From Planctomycetota bacterium (GTDB lineage: Bacteria; Planctomycetota; UBA8108; UBA1146; JAJFFE01), in NCBI GenBank assembly GCA_046154185.1, contig JBJXGE010000032.1:139163-203162 (forward strand): DNA of 64,000 nt, read 5' to 3'. The translations under genes were made by a program, and so were the position numbers. Positions 38,208-47,978 of this stretch are shown piece by piece; position 1 is the stretch's first letter, and every line of letters begins with the position of its first letter. Below the pieces are notes generated by a model, which saw nothing but the letters and a program-made list of their open reading frames with translations, did no database searches and had not been told where the DNA came from.

Positions 38208-39020
38208 ATGCCGCTCCGCCTCTTCCTGCAAATTCTTGCGATCGAGACCAAGAAGGCGGTGAGTTACCGCATGGACTTCTGGCTCGGCGCCGTGGGCAGC
38301 CTACTCGCCGGCATTGGCGTGCCGTATTTCACTTGGCAAGCGATCTACGCGGCACGCGGCACGCCGCTGCTCGGCGGTTACACCTTCGCCGGTATGGTCG
38401 CGTACGCAATCGCCTGCACGCTCATCATCAAAGTCGTGCGCGGCTCCGACCTGACGCTCGGCATCGCCAACGACATCTACGACGGCACCCTCAACCGTTA
38501 CTTGGTGTATCCCGCCGGCTACCTGCGCTTCAAATTTGCGCAACAGTGCGGAGTCCTGACACCGTCGCTGCTGCAACTCGCGCTCGTGGGCGGAGCGTTT
38601 CTCCTCGTGCTGCCGCAGCCGGCCGATCTCGCCATCACGCCGACCAGCGTCGCCCAGGCGCTCTTGTCGATGGCAGCCGCCAACGTGCTCCACTTTCTCA
38701 TCTGCTATCCCGTGCAACTCGTGGCTTTTTGGGCCGACAACGTTTGGAGTCTCATCGTCATGTTGAGATTCATCTCGTCGCTGCTCGGAGGCGGCCTGAT
38801 TCCGCTCGAACTCTTCGGCGCCGAAGCGCGGGAATGGCTGGGCTACTTACCCTTTGCCCACTTGTACTGGACGCCGGTCAGCGCACTACTCGGCAAGCTG
38901 ACGATGGCGGAATGGCTCGCCAGTCTGGCGACGACCGGACTGTGGTGCCTCGCTTGCGCACTCGTGGGCCGAGTGCTCTGGCGACGCGGACAGCTTCAGT
39001 ACAGCGGAATAGGCATGTGA
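38208..39020 (+). CDS. ABC-2 family transporter permease (PF06182-like)
   Basis: Six predicted hydrophobic segments. Lies immediately after the ATPase. Confidence 0.7.
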   Translation: MPLRLFLQILAIETKKAVSYRMDFWLGAVGSLLAGIGVPYFTWQAIYAARGTPLLGGYTFAGMVAYAIACTLIIKVVRGSDLTLGIANDIYDGTLNRYLVYPAGYLRFKFAQQCGVLTPSLLQLALVGGAFLLVLPQPADLAITPTSVAQALLSMAAANVLHFLICYPVQLVAFWADNVWSLIVMLRFISSLLGGGLIPLELFGAEAREWLGYLPFAHLYWTPVSALLGKLTMAEWLASLATTGLWCLACALVGRVLWRRGQLQYSGIGM

Positions 39021-39808
39021 TGCTGAGGTATCTGCGCCTCTACGGTTGCTTCGTGCGATTCTCGTTCAGTCGCGCGCTGCAGTTTCGGCTCGACTTCTTC
39101 TTTCGCGTCGTCATGGACTGCATGTTCTACGCGATGCATCTCGGGTTCTTCGCAATTCTCTACGGCCATGTCGCGGAACTCGGTGGTTTCGATCGCCACC
39201 AAACGATGATTTTCTGCGCCGGCTTCTTCTTCGTCGATGCCCTGCACATGACGATTTTCTCGAACAACATGTGGCATCTGCCGTCACTGATCAATCAGGG
39301 CGATCTCGATTACTACCTCGTGCGACCAGCGGCGACATTGTTCTTCGTGTCGCTGCAAGAGTTCGCTGCCAACTCGTTCTTGAATTTGTTGATCACGGCG
39401 GGAATTCTGGTCTGGGCCATCGCCACCTATCCGAGTCCGCTGACGACGATCGAGATCGCCGGCTTCGTCGTGTTGCTCGTGCTCGGCACGCTGCTCTATT
39501 GGAGTTTGTACATGCTCTGCATCTTGCCGGTGTTTTGGTTGCACAGCGCGCAAGGAATCAAGAACTTCTTTTTCAGCATCGAGCAATTCACGCAGCGACC
39601 GCATCGCATCTACACGGGCTGGGCCGGTCGCCTGTTGCGCAGCGTCTTGCCCTTCGCCATGGTCGCGTCTTATCAGTCGTATTTGCTGCTACGCGGGTGG
39701 GACTGGCGCGCGCTGGCGGAACTCATCGGCGTCGTCGCGATCTTCTTTGCGCTGGTATTAGGCGTCTGGTCGCGGGGCTTACGGGTCTACGCATCAGCGT
39801 CTTCTTAA
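39020..39808 (+). CDS. ABC-2 family transporter permease (second subunit)
   Basis: ATG at 39020 overlaps the previous stop (TGATG). Hydrophobic multi-pass protein; this is the in-frame 3' part of the 38333-39808 ORF-track entry. Confidence 0.65.
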   Translation: MLRYLRLYGCFVRFSFSRALQFRLDFFFRVVMDCMFYAMHLGFFAILYGHVAELGGFDRHQTMIFCAGFFFVDALHMTIFSNNMWHLPSLINQGDLDYYLVRPAATLFFVSLQEFAANSFLNLLITAGILVWAIATYPSPLTTIEIAGFVVLLVLGTLLYWSLYMLCILPVFWLHSAQGIKNFFFSIEQFTQRPHRIYTGWAGRLLRSVLPFAMVASYQSYLLLRGWDWRALAELIGVVAIFFALVLGVWSRGLRVYASASS

Positions 39809-39977
39809 AGACAGGATATTTAAGGCTTTGGAACGCGACGCGCGGCCGGCGCTGGGGGCCGGCGATGCGCCCACCGTGGTCGGCGTCCCGCCGTCGATTG
39901 ACCGCACCTCGGTGCGGCGACACGACCTTCCGCGCTCGGACGCCGAGCGCATCCACACGCGATCATCGTTGCCTCCC

Positions 39978-40005
39978 TTGCATAAACTACTCCGCCGAAT
40001 ATTGT
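39978..40005 (+). promoter_or_regulatory. Candidate sigma-70-type promoter for the Bcp gene (TTGCAT - 16 nt - TATTGT)
   Basis: Hexamers read at 39978-39983 and 40000-40005, about 90 nt upstream of the ATG at 40094, which has GAGGAAGG as its SD. Confidence 0.35.
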
Positions 40006-40093
40006 GGCGGCCAGCGTGGGTCTTGGACGGTCTTCGACACGCAGTTGGCCGACAGGATTGACTCGGGAAGTTCAGCGCGAGAGGAAGGCCGAA

Positions 40094-41014
40094 ATGGCCA
40101 AGGCGAAGAAAAAAACCGCGAAATCCAATGCCGGCAAAGCCGCCAAAAAGCAGGCTCCCAGCAAGAAAAAGCCGACCGCCAAAAAGAGCGCGACCAAAAA
40201 GTCAGCGGCGTCCTCGGCGAAGACCTCGAAGAAAGCCGGCAAGAAACCGACCGGTACTAAGAAGAAAGTCGCCCCGAAGAAGCTCACCACCAAAAAAGTC
40301 GCCGCCAAAAAAACGGCGAAGAAACCGGCCAAGCCGAAAGCCAACTTGAAGGCGAAGACGACACGGCAGACAGGTCGTAGCGCGCCGGTGACGACGTCGG
40401 ACAGCCTACTCATCGCCGCGAGCTCGAGGCAGCCGGCTGCCGTCGCGCTCGCGCCGGAGCTGCACTCCGCGGTCGGCCGCCAACTCCCGGCGCTGACGCT
40501 CAACAATCAACGCGGCGAGGCAGTGCACTTGCACGACCTCGCACAGCGCGCGGGCCGACTCGTCCTCTACTTCTATCCAAAAGATGACACCCCAGGATGT
40601 ACGACCGAAGCTTGCGACTTTCGCGATCAGCACAGTCGCGTGCTCGCGACGGGTGCGATGATCGTTGGCGTGAGTCCGGACGATACCGAGAGCCACGCGA
40701 GCTTCGCTGGCAAATATCAGTTGCGTTTCGATTTGCTTGCGGACACCCAACATGAGCTCGCCGACGCGCTGGGAGTCTGGAAATTGAAGGAATTTAGCGG
40801 TCGACAATTTCATGGCGTGGAGCGAGCGACGTTTATCGTCGATCAGGACGCTCGCGTTCTCAGAGGCTGGCAACCGGTCAAGGTGGACGGCCATGTGCAG
40901 CAAATCGTCGACGAGTTGGAGCGTCTGCCAATGACCTCGGGCGAAACAGCACTCGCGACAGCGAGCGCCGGCGGCGGAAACGGCGACGCGTTGAACGATT
41001 TCTTCAAGACGTAA
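40094..41014 (+). CDS. bcp: Peroxiredoxin Bcp (thioredoxin-dependent thiol peroxidase) with ~100-aa N-terminal histone-H1-like Lys/Ala-rich tail
   Basis: FYPKDDTPGCTTEACDFRD peroxidatic/resolving Cys motif. N-terminus MAKAKKKTAKSNAGKAAKKQAPSKKKPTAKKSATKK...KKPAKPKANLKAK. Confidence 0.85.
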   Translation: MAKAKKKTAKSNAGKAAKKQAPSKKKPTAKKSATKKSAASSAKTSKKAGKKPTGTKKKVAPKKLTTKKVAAKKTAKKPAKPKANLKAKTTRQTGRSAPVTTSDSLLIAASSRQPAAVALAPELHSAVGRQLPALTLNNQRGEAVHLHDLAQRAGRLVLYFYPKDDTPGCTTEACDFRDQHSRVLATGAMIVGVSPDDTESHASFAGKYQLRFDLLADTQHELADALGVWKLKEFSGRQFHGVERATFIVDQDARVLRGWQPVKVDGHVQQIVDELERLPMTSGETALATASAGGGNGDALNDFFKT

Positions 41015-41056
41015 CTCCCTGCGCACGTTCGGGAGCTGGACCAGCCGGAGTATGGT

Positions 41057-41314
41057 TTGCGGTCCAGCTCGCTATTGAGAGAGCGACCCCCCGTGCTCGG
41101 CATCGTGACGCGGATCCTCGTTGTCGTCCTCATCGTGGCGACGATTGCCTATTGCCTGCAAAGGGCAAACCGGTCGCGCTTCAAGTGTCGCACGTGTCGC
41201 CACCGCCGCGTTCTCTATGACAACGGCGTCCGCTGCGGTTTCGGCGCCAAAGAAGTTTTCAAGAACGCCGTCCACATTGAAAACTGTCCGGATCACTCAC
41301 GAGGAAAACCCTAG
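41057..41314 (+). CDS. Small membrane protein with Cys cluster (hypothetical)
   Basis: TM-like ILVVVLIVATIAYCL followed by FKCRTCRHRR...RCGF. No other support. Confidence 0.3.
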   Translation: MRSSSLLRERPPVLGIVTRILVVVLIVATIAYCLQRANRSRFKCRTCRHRRVLYDNGVRCGFGAKEVFKNAVHIENCPDHSRGKP

Positions 41315-41325
41315 GAGTTCCCGCG

Positions 41326-41692
41326 ATGCTCAGTCTTTTCTCGCGCGGCAGTTTTCCCTGTCGCATCGTGCCATGTCTCATGGTGACGATCGTCATCGCG
41401 TGCAACGCTCGGTGCAGCGGGCCGCATGGGAGCCGTTTGATCGAAAGTCAGGAACGAGCTGAAGCGCCCGGACCGCAGCGCGTGACTCTGGCTACGCTGA
41501 TCGAAGAGCTCGTCGATCTCGCTGGGCCCGGCGCCGTCGTGCGGTTTCGCCCCCAGCGAAGAGATCGAACTCGGACGCGCCGATCTCGAGCGCGGCGAGA
41601 ATCGACTCACGATTGAGATCGTCGGTGCGAATCCATCGGCGCTCGATGGCTTCATGTTTGGAATCGACTATCTGCGGGTTGCCACGGATTGA
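41326..41692 (+). pseudogene. Small secreted/lipoprotein-like ORF apparently frameshifted at a C5 run (~41548-41552). The protein-like C-terminus continues in the +1 frame to the stop at 41690-41692.
   Basis: Frame A encodes a lipobox-like MVTIVIAC and then an Arg-rich tail. The +1 frame encodes SEEIELGRADLERGENRLTIEIVGANPSALDGFMFGIDYLRVATD. Confidence 0.3.
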
Positions 41693-41702
41693 AGGAAAAC
41701 AA

Positions 41703-41781
41703 AAAACTGCTGGGCCTGCAAGGCCCACAGATTAAAGCCCAGGGTTGGCCGGTCTGCCGGCCTACCCTGGGTCTATCGCAT
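41703..41781 (-). terminator. Compound hairpin terminator downstream of the minus-strand thioredoxin-fold gene
   Basis: cccagggt...accctggg 8-bp stem with inner ggccgg/ccggcc. Then gggcc-tgcaa-ggccc, followed on the minus strand by agcagttttttgttttcc. Confidence 0.5.
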
Positions 41782-41793
41782 GCGAGAAATTAC

Positions 41794-43413
41794 TTATTGC
41801 GGCGCGAGCATTTTCTCGAGGGTCGCCTTGAGTTCTTTTTGACCGCCTTCGCCAAACCCGACGTCGAACGAGACGACTTTGCCTTCGCGGTCGAGCCAGA
41901 AGCTGGTCGGGTAACCGCGCACGCCGTAGCTTTCGCTCGCGGTCTTGCCGCCCATGAGCACGATCGGATGCGTGAGCTTCTTCTTGTCGACGAACCGTTT
42001 CACTTGCTCGGCCGATTCGTCGTAGCCGTTGACGGCGAGCACCGAAAAACCACGCGTCTTGAACTCTTCATGCAGTGCCGTTAAGTGCGGAGCCTCCGCA
42101 CGACAAGGCCCTCAGCCAACCCCCCAAAACGTCAGGAGCACGACCTTGCCTTTGAAACTCGCCAGGCTGACCGGTTGGCCATCGAGTCCGTTGAGCGTGA
42201 AATCGGGCGCCGGCTGGCCGACGAGTTTCTGCAATTTCTCATCGCCGCCCGCATCACCCTTCATCCAAGCGGCGAACTCTTCGGCTTGCGCGACGAGCGC
42301 CTGCGCGACATCGTCGAGACCGGCGCGCGGAAAACGCTTCGCAAAGTCCGCAGCGACTGCCTGCATTTTCGCGACGTCTTGCATGTTTTCGTTCGCGTAG
42401 TGGAGCACATTGAGCGCGCCGTCGAGCTCCGCCAGGTAGTCGTCTGGCAGCTTGTTGCAGGCGACCTCCCGCAGCTCGACTTCGCGTTCCATACGGTATT
42501 GCGCGCCGACACCAATCTGAGTCATCGAGCGAAACGCGACGACGCGTCCCTGGTCGAGATTGATTTCAAAACGCTCGTTAAATTGAAGGAGCTGCGGGTT
42601 CTCGGGTTCGAATTCGTCGCCGTCCACCTCGCTAGCGGCGGGCGCAGCTTGGCCGTCGGCGGGTTTCTCCGCCGGCTGCGGCGGTTCCGCTTGGAGGTCT
42701 TTCTTGGCCTCGCCCTGCTCACCGGCGCCGGACTCTGGGTTTTCCGGCGCCGCTTCGGCCGGTTCCGGCCCACCCATTTTGAGCTCGATCGGCAACGGTC
42801 CAACCGCCTCGATGGTCACCTCGGCGACGCGCTCACCCGCCGCGTTCTTCGCGTGCGCAACAGTGATGCGCTGCTCGATGTCATTCCGGATGCCGAAGAA
42901 CTCGAACGCCCGCTTCACTTGCGTCGTCCCAGGCGTACCCATCATCGTTGTGTCGAGTTCCGGAAACGGCGGTACTACCTCGCCGGGCCCGCCAATCATC
43001 ATCGCCGGCTGTGCACCGGCCGGCAGCGCTTTGGTCTCGGGTTGAAATCGATTCCGCGCCAGCTCCTTGACCAAGATCGCGGCGCTCGGGCGCACGCGAA
43101 ACATGTCGTTCGAACCGCTCTTGAGCTGATGCCGCACGACCCACCCGAGGCGCAGTTTTCCGTCGGCCGCTTGCGAGAGCACTTGCAGCTTCGCCGCGAC
43201 GTCGCTCTCCATGACCTGTGGCTCTGACTGCGGCTCGCCTATGCCGCTGAACGCCATGCGGCTCTTGCCTTGATACTCGATCTCCGTACCAACCGGGAGT
43301 CGCACCCAGTCCTTCACGCCATCGGCTGTTGCGTTGCGAGCGAGGGCTGCAAGACCTAGCGGCAGCACGACGACGCCAAGAACAATCAGCCAAGCTCGCC
43401 AAGTCCTCTGCAT
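41794..43413 (-). CDS. Large secreted protein with C-terminal TlpA/ResA-like thiol:disulfide oxidoreductase domain. In-frame TGA at 42112-42114 occupies the first Cys of the CxxC motif (candidate selenocysteine, U-G-P-C).
   Basis: The two ORF-track pieces (42112-43470 and 41794-42042) are in the same frame. The joint reads ...[67 protein letters not shown]...[14 protein letters not shown]. Start set at ATG 43411-43413 with GGAG upstream, followed by a hydrophobic segment. Confidence 0.6.
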
Positions 43414-43444
43414 TCCATCTCCATTCTTGCGAAGGCGTCGGCCC

Positions 43445-46400
43445 TCACATGTTGCGCCGGTACTGACCACCCACTTCGTAGAGCGCGTGCGTCATCTGGC
43501 CGAGACTTGCGACGCGCACGGTATTCATGAGTTCGGCGAAAATGTTGCCGCCGTGGGCCGCGACTTCCTGCAAGCGCTTGAGCGCCGCAGGCGCCGCCGC
43601 CGCGTGGCGCGCTTGAAATGCGCGCAGCTCCGCAATGCGTTGAGTTTTGATCTCTGGCGCACAACGGCGCAATTCGACCTCCCGCGGCTCGCTCGCGCCC
43701 GCGTCATCGCGCGTGAAGGTGTTCACGCCGATGACCGGCAGCTCGCCTGAGTGTTTCTTCGTTTCGTAGAGCAGCGACTCGTCTTGAATCTTGCCGCGTT
43801 GATATTGCCGCTCCATCGCGCCGATCACGCCGCCGCGATCATTCAGCCGCAAGAACTCCTCGAGCACGGCTTCTTCCACGAGCTCCGTCAGCTCCTCGAC
43901 GATGTAGGCGCCTTGCAGCGGATTGTCATTCCTCGCGATCCCAAACTCGCGCGCAATGATGAGCTGAATCGCCATTGCGCGACGTACGGATCCCTCCGTC
44001 GGCGTCGTGATCGCTTCGTCGTAAGCGTTCGTGTGCAGCGAATTGCAGCTATCGTAGTAGGCAGTGAGCGCCTGTAACGTCGTGCGAATGTCATTGAAGT
44101 CGATCTCCATGGCGTGCAACGAGCGGCCGGAGGTTTGAATATGGTATTTGAGCTTCTGCGAGCGCGCGTTGGCGTGATAGACGTCGCGCATCGCCACGGC
44201 CCAGATGCGGCGCGCGACGCGGCCCATAACTGAGTACTCCGCATCGAGCCCGTTCGAAAAAAAGAACGACAGATTCGGCGCGAAGTCGTCGATGTGCATG
44301 CCGCGGGCGAGATAGTACTCGACATACGTGAGCCCGTTCGCCAGCGTGAATGCGAGCTGCGTGATGGGATTTGCGCCCGCCTCCGCTATGTGGTACCCGC
44401 TGATCGAGACCGAGTAATAATTGCGGATCTGTTGCTCAATGAAAACCTGCTGCATATCGCCCATCATGCGGAGCGCAAACTCCGTGGAGAATATGCAGGT
44501 GTTTTGCGCCTGATCCTCCTTCAGGATGTCGGCCTGCACGGTCCCACGCACCGTCGCAACCGTTTGGGCGCGGATCGCCGCCAGCTCGTCGGTGTTCGGT
44601 GCGCGGTGCGTGCGCCGCGTGAAGACTTCGACTTGCTGATCAATGGCGGCGTTGAAAAACATGGCAAGGATGATCGGCGCCGGTCCGTTGATGGTCATCG
44701 ACACCGAGGTGCTCGGGTGGCACAGGTCGAAACCTTGATACAACTTCTTCATGTCGTCGAGCGTGCAGATGCTGACGCCGCTCTCGCCGACTTTGCCATA
44801 AATATCCGGGCGTTCGGCCGGGTCTTCACCGTAGAGCGTCACGCTATCGAAGGCGGTCGAGAGCCGCTTCGAAGGCTCACCGCGACACAAATAATGAAAA
44901 CGCGCGTTGGTCTGCTCCGGTGGGCCTTCGCCCGCGAACATGCGCTTCGGATCCTCATCACGCCGCCGGAACGGAAAGACGCCGCCCGTGAAGGGAAAGT
45001 CCCCCGGGAGATTCTCGAGCATGAGAAACCGCAGCAGCTCCGCCTTCGATTCAAAGCGAGGTAGCGCTATGCGCGAGAGTTTGCTGCCGGCGAGCGTGAC
45101 GGTCTTGAGTGGCTCGCGCCTTTCCTCGTCGCGGATCTTATAGACCAGCTCATCGGCGCAGTACGCGTTGCGCCGCGCCGGCCATGATTCGAGCAACTGG
45201 CGCGCGTCGGGCGCGAGCTCGATGTTCTGGGCGCGCGCGCGGAGGCGCGCCGCCGCGTCTGCGCCGCCCGGCTCGGCGCCGACCAGTTCGGCGCTGCGTT
45301 CGAGCGCTTCGAGGTCGCGCGCGCGCTCAACTTCCAGCGTGACGCGCTGTTTGTAGCCACGCACTGCGCGCACGATCTCGAGCAAATAATTGCTGCGCTG
45401 CGCCGGAATGATGCTCGCTCGCTCGACGACTTGATGGGTTGCGACCGCCGCGGGCATTTGCCAACCTGGGACATCGCGCGCTCGTGCCCACGTCTCGAGC
45501 TCCTGCAACAGTCGCTGATAAAACCGTTCTACACCCGGATCATTGAAGTGGCTCGCAACGGTCCCGTAAACCGGTAGGTCGTCGTCGCGCACCGAGCCGT
45601 CGAACAGTTTCCGGCTGCGTCGATACTGTTTGCGTACGTCGCGCAGCGCATCTTCGCTACCGCGCTTGTCGAACTTGTTGAGTGCGATGAGATGCGCATA
45701 GTCGATCATGTCGATTTTCTCGAGCTGGGTGCTTGCACCGTAGTCGCCCGTCATCACGTAAATCGCTACGTCGGAGATATCGGCGATCTGAGAATCGCCT
45801 TGGCCAATACCGGAAGTCTCAACGAGCACCAAATCGAAACCATCGTTTTTCAGAACTTGTAGCGCACTGCGAATTGCGGCCGGCAACGCCGCACCGCTCT
45901 GACGCGTTGCGAGCGAGCGCATAAAAACGCGCGGGTGATGCACCGAGTTCATGCGAATGCGATCGCCGAGCAGCGCGCCGCCGGTGCGCCGCTTGGTGGG
46001 ATCGGCGGAGATGATGGCGAACCGACGGTTCGGAAAATCGGCGAGGAGTCGCCGTAAAATCTCGTCGGTGAGTGACGACTTGCCGGCACCGCCGGTGCCG
46101 GTGATGCCGACGACCGGGATTGGCGCGCCGGGCGTCGCGGTCGCAGGCGCCGTGGTGGCTTGTTCTTCGACTTCGGTGATGCGACACGGCAGCGAGCCGT
46201 TCCGTTGCGCGCGGAGTTCGCCACCGCGCTGGCGCTTCACCCGCTCGAGCATGTCCTGAATCATCCCGTGCAAGCCGAGTCGCCGCCCATCCTCCGGTGA
46301 ATAGATGCGATCGATCCCATATTGCTCCAACGCGCGAATCTCAACCGGCACGATCACGCCGCCGCCGCCGCCGAAGATGCGAATCCACGGCGCGCGCTTC

Positions 46401-46723
46401 TCTCGCAGCAAATCGTGCATGTAACGAAAAAACTCGTTATGGCCGCCTTGATACGACGACACCGCTATCGCGTCGGCGTCTTCTTGCACGGCGGTATCGA
46501 CGATCTCTTCGGCGGATCGATTGTGTCCAAGGTGGATCACTTCGGCGCCGGCGTCGAGTAAGACGCGGCGCATCACATTGATCGAGGCATCGTGACCGTC
46601 GTAGAGTGATGCAGCCGTGACAAATCGTGAGGGGCGTACCATGAGAGTTTCATTCCCGGAGAACCCGCGGAGCGGCGGCCCAAGTCGTGAACCGAACGCA
46701 GAATATCCGCTGGTGGCGGACAA
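43445..46723 (-). CDS. icmF: Fused isobutyryl-CoA mutase (B12-binding domain + MeaB-like G-domain + mutase catalytic domain)
   Basis: N-terminal cobalamin-binding region ([25 protein letters not shown]). P-loop [18 protein letters not shown]. Large C-terminal methylmalonyl-CoA-mutase-like barrel. 1092 aa. Confidence 0.9.
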   Translation of the reverse strand: MSATSGYSAFGSRLGPPLRGFSGNETLMVRPSRFVTAASLYDGHDASINVMRRVLLDAGAEVIHLGHNRSAEEIVDTAVQEDADAIAVSSYQGGHNEFFRYMHDLLREKRAPWIRIFGGGGGVIVPVEIRALEQYGIDRIYSPEDGRRLGLHGMIQDMLERVKRQRGGELRAQRNGSLPCRITEVEEQATTAPATATPGAPIPVVGITGTGGAGKSSLTDEILRRLLADFPNRRFAIISADPTKRRTGGALLGDRIRMNSVHHPRVFMRSLATRQSGAALPAAIRSALQVLKNDGFDLVLVETSGIGQGDSQIADISDVAIYVMTGDYGASTQLEKIDMIDYAHLIALNKFDKRGSEDALRDVRKQYRRSRKLFDGSVRDDDLPVYGTVASHFNDPGVERFYQRLLQELETWARARDVPGWQMPAAVATHQVVERASIIPAQRSNYLLEIVRAVRGYKQRVTLEVERARDLEALERSAELVGAEPGGADAAARLRARAQNIELAPDARQLLESWPARRNAYCADELVYKIRDEERREPLKTVTLAGSKLSRIALPRFESKAELLRFLMLENLPGDFPFTGGVFPFRRRDEDPKRMFAGEGPPEQTNARFHYLCRGEPSKRLSTAFDSVTLYGEDPAERPDIYGKVGESGVSICTLDDMKKLYQGFDLCHPSTSVSMTINGPAPIILAMFFNAAIDQQVEVFTRRTHRAPNTDELAAIRAQTVATVRGTVQADILKEDQAQNTCIFSTEFALRMMGDMQQVFIEQQIRNYYSVSISGYHIAEAGANPITQLAFTLANGLTYVEYYLARGMHIDDFAPNLSFFFSNGLDAEYSVMGRVARRIWAVAMRDVYHANARSQKLKYHIQTSGRSLHAMEIDFNDIRTTLQALTAYYDSCNSLHTNAYDEAITTPTEGSVRRAMAIQLIIAREFGIARNDNPLQGAYIVEELTELVEEAVLEEFLRLNDRGGVIGAMERQYQRGKIQDESLLYETKKHSGELPVIGVNTFTRDDAGASEPREVELRRCAPEIKTQRIAELRAFQARHAAAAPAALKRLQEVAAHGGNIFAELMNTVRVASLGQMTHALYEVGGQYRRNM

Positions 46724-46879
46724 AACTCAAGTCGATTGATGTGTCGTGCGACGCAAATGACGAATCCATGACGCAAACCGGCATAATGGGCAACGTCTCG
46801 CGCGCCGAACCGTTCGCGCACTCCCTCGTTGCGCCGCTGGTTCGCGACCGCTGCTTGAGGATGAAATGAAGGGAGCTTT

Positions 46880-47854
46880 GTGATGCGTTCATACCGACGA
46901 CCGATTCGAAGCGCGGCCGCTTTCTTTTGCACAGCGACGGGGCTGCTCGTCTGCTGTGGTCTCGGGCTCGCGATCGCGCCGAACGCGAGCTGGGCGGATG
47001 ACAAGCTCTATCTCGAGATCTACGACGTATCCGATCTCCTCATCAAGCGGCCGGACTTTCCAGCGCCGAAGCTCGGGCTGAGTGGGCTCGAGCCGGAATC
47101 GACGCCGACGACCACCGAGGAGACGGAAGCATCCCTGACCGGCGAGCAGCTCATCGAACTCATCCGGAAGGCTCTCAGGCTCGACGATTCGAAGACGGGT
47201 GAAACCGTGCGACTCGTGAATGGCAGTTTGGTCGTGCTCGCCAAACCGGAGGAGCACGCCGCCATCGGCGCCAAACTGGTCGGCTTGCGCGCGCCAAAGC
47301 ATTTCTATCGCATTGACGCTCGCATCGTGGAACTGTCGATCGCAGATATGGCCGAGCTCAAGCGTCTGCACACGGGCAAACGTAAGTGCACCGTGGTCGC
47401 CAAGGCGAAGCTCGAGGAATTCATCGCGACGCGCAAAATGGCAATCCTCTCGACGCCATCCGTGACCGTTCAAGAGCGTCAAGTGGCGAGCATCGCGGTC
47501 GTCGATCAGAAAGCGTATCTGAAAGATTTCGAAGTCGACGAATCCAAGCAGATCGCCGATCCGGTGATCGATACGTTGAATCTCGGACTCACACTCGAGA
47601 CCTGGGTGAAACCGCTCAGCGCCTCGCGCCGGCTCCTACGATGGAAGGTCGAGATCGCCAGCGCGGAATTGCCATTCGATGAGGAGCCACTCGAGCGCGG
47701 CGGCACGATTGAGCTGCCGCAGGTGGAGATCTTCGCGCGCCAAGGCCACAGCGCTCTCAATGCCGACCAAGTGCTCGTCGTGACTGACATCCCCGCGCGC
47801 ACGGAAGGCGCCGTGGCCGTGCTCCTACTTACAGTCGACGTGGCGCCCGAATAG
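46880..47854 (+). CDS. Secreted hypothetical protein
   Basis: Signal-like AAAFFCTATGLLVCCGLGLAIAPNASWA. No confident family assignment. Confidence 0.5.
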   Translation: MMRSYRRPIRSAAAFFCTATGLLVCCGLGLAIAPNASWADDKLYLEIYDVSDLLIKRPDFPAPKLGLSGLEPESTPTTTEETEASLTGEQLIELIRKALRLDDSKTGETVRLVNGSLVVLAKPEEHAAIGAKLVGLRAPKHFYRIDARIVELSIADMAELKRLHTGKRKCTVVAKAKLEEFIATRKMAILSTPSVTVQERQVASIAVVDQKAYLKDFEVDESKQIADPVIDTLNLGLTLETWVKPLSASRRLLRWKVEIASAELPFDEEPLERGGTIELPQVEIFARQGHSALNADQVLVVTDIPARTEGAVAVLLLTVDVAPE

Positions 47855-47978
47855 CCGGCGTCGACGACGTCGCGCCCGACCCCCGCGAAGCCTGTCCGAC
47901 TCCACGATCCACGGCTACAATCCCGCGCCTTCATTGCCAGGGTGATTGGGAGCGAGTCGTGAATAGCGGGGATCCATC

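Noticed and set aside
38333-39019. 5' part of the 491-aa ORF 38333-39808 (Arg/Ala-rich translation)
   Set aside because: It overlaps the first ABC-2 permease in another frame and has a non-protein-like composition. Only the portion from ATG 39020 is counted, as the second permease.
41311-41655. 114-aa minus-strand ORF opposite the small frameshifted ORF
   Set aside because: Ser/Arg/Pro-rich shadow translation. The plus strand shows a lipobox and a coherent C-terminal peptide.
42085-43227. 380-aa plus-strand ORF antisense to the N-terminal domain of the TlpA-like gene
   Set aside because: Arg/Leu-rich antisense translation. The minus-strand frame continues into an unmistakable thioredoxin-fold domain.
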